From Alkalispirochaeta sp. (GTDB lineage Bacteria; Spirochaetota; Spirochaetia; DSM-27196; Alkalispirochaetaceae): a DNA stretch of 64,000 nucleotides. The notes below the pieces were generated by a model that saw only the letters and a program-made list of their open reading frames with translations, ran no database searches and was not told the DNA's origin. The stretch covers positions 4,928,001 to 4,992,000 of the forward strand of contig OZ271854.1 in the NCBI GenBank assembly GCA_965601925.1, given 5' to 3'. This document shows, piece after piece, positions 60,736 through 64,000 of this stretch. Within the stretch, counting starts at the first letter, position 1. Every line of letters begins with the position of its first letter. The position numbers were made by a program, and so were the translations under genes.

Positions 60736-61334
60736 GCGTCCTCCTTCGTGTCGGTAAGGGTATGTATGATCATGGTCTTGCAGAGTCGCCAGCTCGCCAC
60801 GTACTCGTCGGAGTCGGTCACGGCGAGAAGGTGAAGTCCAAATCCATCGAGTACAGTGAGGATGAGCCTCGCACACTCCTCGATCCGCCGCCGATCCGTC
60901 GTAACGTCGCGGCAGCTCACAAAGCGAGCCGTCAGCTGATCGACCAAGTTGCGTAGTAACTCGGTGAACGAGCGGCGCAGATGGTCGGCGTGCACGCCCT
61001 CGTGAAAAAAGGCAAGGAGTGCCGTGTGGAGCTTTTTGCGATCCGGCGGCGGGGAGAAGAGGTCGTCGCTCAACGCGTCGAGCACCTCCTCGACCGATCC
61101 ACGCCCTGACGGCTCGACCACCTCCATCAGCTTGGCTCCTACGTGCTCCAAGAGCGCCGCGGGAATCAGCCGCGTAGACGGAAAGTGGTGAAAGACATTG
61201 CTCTTGCTGATGCCGGCGGCGTGCGCCAGCTTCCCGGCGGTCATCCCGGCGACGCCGTGCCGCGATACGAGTTCCACCGCGGCCTCCAGTACCGCATCGC
61301 GTGTGTGGGCGCCGTTAGCCAGTCGCTTGTCCAT
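60732..61334 (-). CDS. TetR/AcrR family regulator
   Basis: TRDAVLEAA...GMTAGKLAHAAGISKSNVFHHF. Confidence 0.92.
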   Translation of the reverse strand: MDKRLANGAHTRDAVLEAAVELVSRHGVAGMTAGKLAHAAGISKSNVFHHFPSTRLIPAALLEHVGAKLMEVVEPSGRGSVEEVLDALSDDLFSPPPDRKKLHTALLAFFHEGVHADHLRRSFTELLRNLVDQLTARFVSCRDVTTDRRRIEECARLILTVLDGFGLHLLAVTDSDEYVASWRLCKTMIIHTLTDTKEDA

Positions 61335-61336
61335 CG

Positions 61337-61888
61337 TTAGCTCCCCTCCACGCCTTCATTCTGCAGAGGATACTCCGTAGCTCCCCGACCCACGGCGACC
61401 GCGACGGATATCAAAGACCGCGGAGAGAGCGTATTCAGCCGGAGCATGCCCTTTATATCTCGAAGTGCGAGAAACCCACGAACAAGGAACAGGAGCGCGA
61501 GAGTATGAATACCGATACCAATCCAATCCGGAATCGCGATATACACTCCAAGGTCCGCCATCATTAATGCGATTCCAAACGCGTACGCGGTGAGTGAGTT
61601 CCGGGCCGCGTGCGCGACGATCGCCAGGATTACAATCGGCAGCGCGTTGAGGAGAAGCGTCAGAGCCACGCTGTCAGTCAGTTCGCCCACGGATGGTATG
61701 AGGACAAATGTAAGTCCCAAGCTGACGGAGAACGGCATTTCGATCCCCAAGAATGGGAGACCCGTTTGAAGGGCGATTTGGAGTATCGACAGGCCGACGA
61801 ACCAGTGAAACCAGCTGATTCCCCCTTTCAACCGCTTCAGAAGTACTTCGAGCTTCGCGGTGTGGTTAAACGACGACGTATCATGCAT
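61337..61888 (-). CDS. Hypothetical membrane protein (lower GC, apparently inserted)
   Basis: 183-aa ORF with several TM segments; flanked by a 49-nt imperfect direct repeat. Confidence 0.7.
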   Translation of the reverse strand: MHDTSSFNHTAKLEVLLKRLKGGISWFHWFVGLSILQIALQTGLPFLGIEMPFSVSLGLTFVLIPSVGELTDSVALTLLLNALPIVILAIVAHAARNSLTAYAFGIALMMADLGVYIAIPDWIGIGIHTLALLFLVRGFLALRDIKGMLRLNTLSPRSLISVAVAVGRGATEYPLQNEGVEGS

Positions 61889-61956
61889 ATCTCAGATCCT
61901 TTCGTAAAATCGTAAACGTATCGACTGCGTACACTTACCATCGACTCCAAGGAGTG

Positions 61957-62005
61957 CGCGACCTCCGGTGCCGCATCGCTTGTGCGGGTGCCGTCGGCCG
62001 GTCGC
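61957..62005 (-). repeat. Degenerate copy of the tetR 5' end
   Basis: 40/49 ungapped identity to 61278-61326. Confidence 0.75.
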
Positions 62006-62025
62006 CTACTCCTCTCTTCTCGGTT

Positions 62026-62054
62026 ACTATAATACTAACCGATCGATCGGTCAA
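62026..62054 (-). promoter_or_regulatory. Promoter with candidate TetR operator
   Basis: TTGACC-17-TATAGT overlapping the perfect palindrome ACCGATCGATCGGT (62038-62051). Confidence 0.8.
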
Positions 62055-62261
62055 TATCTTTGGACACCCGGGCACGGTATGGGCGATCGAAGTGGAAGTC
62101 GGCGGGAAGTGCAGACAGTGCGTATCACGTACAGGAGGTACGAAGTCGTGAAAACGTGAACGGCAGGCGCGAGGAACGCAAACTTCGTCGGCACGCAGCC
62201 ATCGCCCCCGCTCCCCTCACCACCATCCCATCAAGCGGCACCGGGCGCGTGTTTTACGCTT

Positions 62262-62339
62262 GCGAGACGGTGGCTGTGGAACGACGCGACTTCTGGCCCC
62301 TAGGGCCTGCTGAGCGTCGGCACGCTGCCACCGTCTCGC
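62262..62339. repeat. Palindromic module Y, copy 2
   Basis: 13-bp perfect inverted repeat gcgagacggtggc/gccaccgtctcgc enclosing cgcgacttctggc...gcctgctgag. Confidence 0.65.
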
Positions 62340-62374
62340 GACTCAGTTACAAGCACGCGCAGCCGGAGACACTC

Positions 62375-63214
62375 TTAGTAGCGCGTGTCGACGAGGGCCT
62401 TACGCGTTTTGTCGAGGTTTCGTACCGTCTCATCGCTCCGCGAGAGGGCTACACCTACCGCCAACGTATCGATTACGCTCAACTGGGCGATACGCGAGGA
62501 CATCGGCTCAAACTTGAATTGCGTCTCCGTGGAAGCTACGCACAGGCTATGGCGCGCCGCGCTCGACACCGGCGATTTGCCGTGGCTCACGATCGCCACG
62601 GTTTCGGCTTTTGCTTTGTTGGCGGTCTCGACCGCGCGCACCACTTCCAACGTGGCGCCGGAGTGGGAAATTGCAACGAACACACTGTGCGCATCCAACA
62701 TCGAAGCGGCCATGATCGCCATGTGGGTATCGTTGAACCACTGACAGGGAATGCCGATGCGAAAAAACTTGTGATACGCATCCATCGCAACCACGCCCGA
62801 TCCACCGAGGCCGTAAAATACCAGCCTCGTCGCGGTAACCATCAGCTCGGTGACGCGCGTTACGGCGTCGAAATCGAGGGTCGATACGGTGCTCCGGATC
62901 GCCGCGATGTTGGAGTCGAATACCTTGCGGACGAGCTCCGGCGCAGCCTCGGTCCCGTCGACCGATTCGTGAATGTTGCGTACCGCCGGGATCGTCGCCT
63001 GGGCGAGATAGATCTTAAAGTCTTGAAATCCGCGAAATCCGAGTCTGCGGGAGAACCGTAGCACCGTCGGCTCACTCACTCCCGCATTCTCGGCCAGTTC
63101 GCTGATCGATGAATGGACTACCGCTTGAGCGTTTTCCAGGACGAATCGGGCGACCTTCATCTCCGACTTCCGGAGACTGGCGAGGTGGTCGGAGATGAAG
63201 CGCAGATCGGCCAT
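62375..63214 (-). CDS. MurR/RpiR family regulator (HTH + SIS)
   Basis: SISELAENAGVSEPTVLRF..LGF.GF, YGLGGSG, ISHSGAT. Confidence 0.95.
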   Translation of the reverse strand: MADLRFISDHLASLRKSEMKVARFVLENAQAVVHSSISELAENAGVSEPTVLRFSRRLGFRGFQDFKIYLAQATIPAVRNIHESVDGTEAAPELVRKVFDSNIAAIRSTVSTLDFDAVTRVTELMVTATRLVFYGLGGSGVVAMDAYHKFFRIGIPCQWFNDTHMAIMAASMLDAHSVFVAISHSGATLEVVRAVETANKAKAETVAIVSHGKSPVSSAARHSLCVASTETQFKFEPMSSRIAQLSVIDTLAVGVALSRSDETVRNLDKTRKALVDTRY

Positions 63215-63221
63215 TGTCGTC

Positions 63222-64000
63222 CTACGATTGGGGAACGAACGATCCGTTTTCGAGTTCGAGACCGAGTGTATCGAACCCGGAACGGATCCACTCTCGAATC
63301 CGACCGTAGCGCCCGTCGTCGAAGGGTGGAAGCATCATCGGCTTGCGCGGAACGCCGGCGTCGAACCCTCGCGCGTACAGTCCCATGTGAGATGCGATGG
63401 TACTATCGGTGAAGTGCATCTTTCTACTCAAGTCCATCACCACTGTATATGCTTTCTCGGCCCGTTGCCAGTCCCGGTCGAAGGTGGCCCGAAACAGCTC
63501 GGTCATAATCTCAGGCGCCCAGTTGTTCATTCCGGCGATCGCCGCGTTTACGCCCATGTGGTGGAGCGGAAGCCATCCGGTGGACGTTCCAAGGATAATC
63601 TCGAGCGAGCCCCCGGCGACGCGATTCTCATACGCTAAGGTGGAGAGAAAGGCGACGTTGAGCGGACTGTCTTTCAACCCTTTTAGGCCGTAGGATGCGA
63701 GTTCCCGGACCACGGGGAGAGAGAACGTGTAGCGCGACGTGGCCGGATTGTTGTATGCATAGACCGGCACGCGTACCGCGTCGATCAACTCCTTGTAGAA
63801 CGAGAGCACGACCTCGTCGGAGTGCTTATAGTAAAAGGGAGGTACAGCGGCCACTCCGTCGACGCCTACGCGTTCCGCCTCGACGGCCAACTCGATAGTC
63901 GCACCGGTATCGATTGCACCGACGTGGGCGATGAGCACTCGCCCCTCACCGACCTTGTCGGCGACGCCCCGAGCGGACTCAAAGACGCGCACTCGCTCGG
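63222..64000 (-). CDS. Dihydrodipicolinate synthase/N-acetylneuraminate lyase family protein (5'-truncated by window)
   Basis: IAHVGA, VPPFYYK, YNNP, GLKDS (Schiff-base Lys). Confidence 0.88.
   Translation of the reverse strand, partial: ERVRVFESARGVADKVGEGRVLIAHVGAIDTGATIELAVEAERVGVDGVAAVPPFYYKHSDEVVLSFYKELIDAVRVPVYAYNNPATSRYTFSLPVVRELASYGLKGLKDSPLNVAFLSTLAYENRVAGGSLEIILGTSTGWLPLHHMGVNAAIAGMNNWAPEIMTELFRATFDRDWQRAEKAYTVVMDLSRKMHFTDSTIASHMGLYARGFDAGVPRKPMMLPPFDDGRYGRIREWIRSGFDTLGLELENGSFVPQS

Overview
GC-rich bacterial chromosomal window, most likely from a free-living spirochaete (inferred from the gene families and architectures; the Na+ bioenergetics and very acidic secreted proteins suggest a halo/alkaliphile). 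From 1 to 25.6 kb it is mostly core-like: HD phosphohydrolase, TtcA, ComFB, a voltage-sensor-like membrane protein, a ~1650-aa outer-membrane protein with SprA/Sov (type IX secretion translocon) motifs, two paralogous beta-barrel-like proteins, mutL, a divergent glycerol locus and tRNA-Pro(GGG). The tRNA is followed by an array of modules that each end in a copy of its 3' end. An accessory-looking metabolic stretch follows: LacI/sugar ABC/ADP-ribosylglycohydrolase, MATE, oadGAB and a TRAP transporter sharing an 89-nt leader, a Cache kinase/NarL pair, CsoR, and an L-ascorbate ula operon with adjacent HPr/EI. The window ends with an Mrp/Mnh antiporter, a tandem hairpin array, a TetR locus with an inserted gene, RpiR and a partial DapA-family gene. 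No CRISPR, integrase or intact transposase was seen. The best candidates for undescribed systems are the SprA-like translocon locus, the tRNA-anchored module array, the duplicated oad/TRAP leader and dispersed covarying hairpin families. All calls are by eye; no database searches were run.
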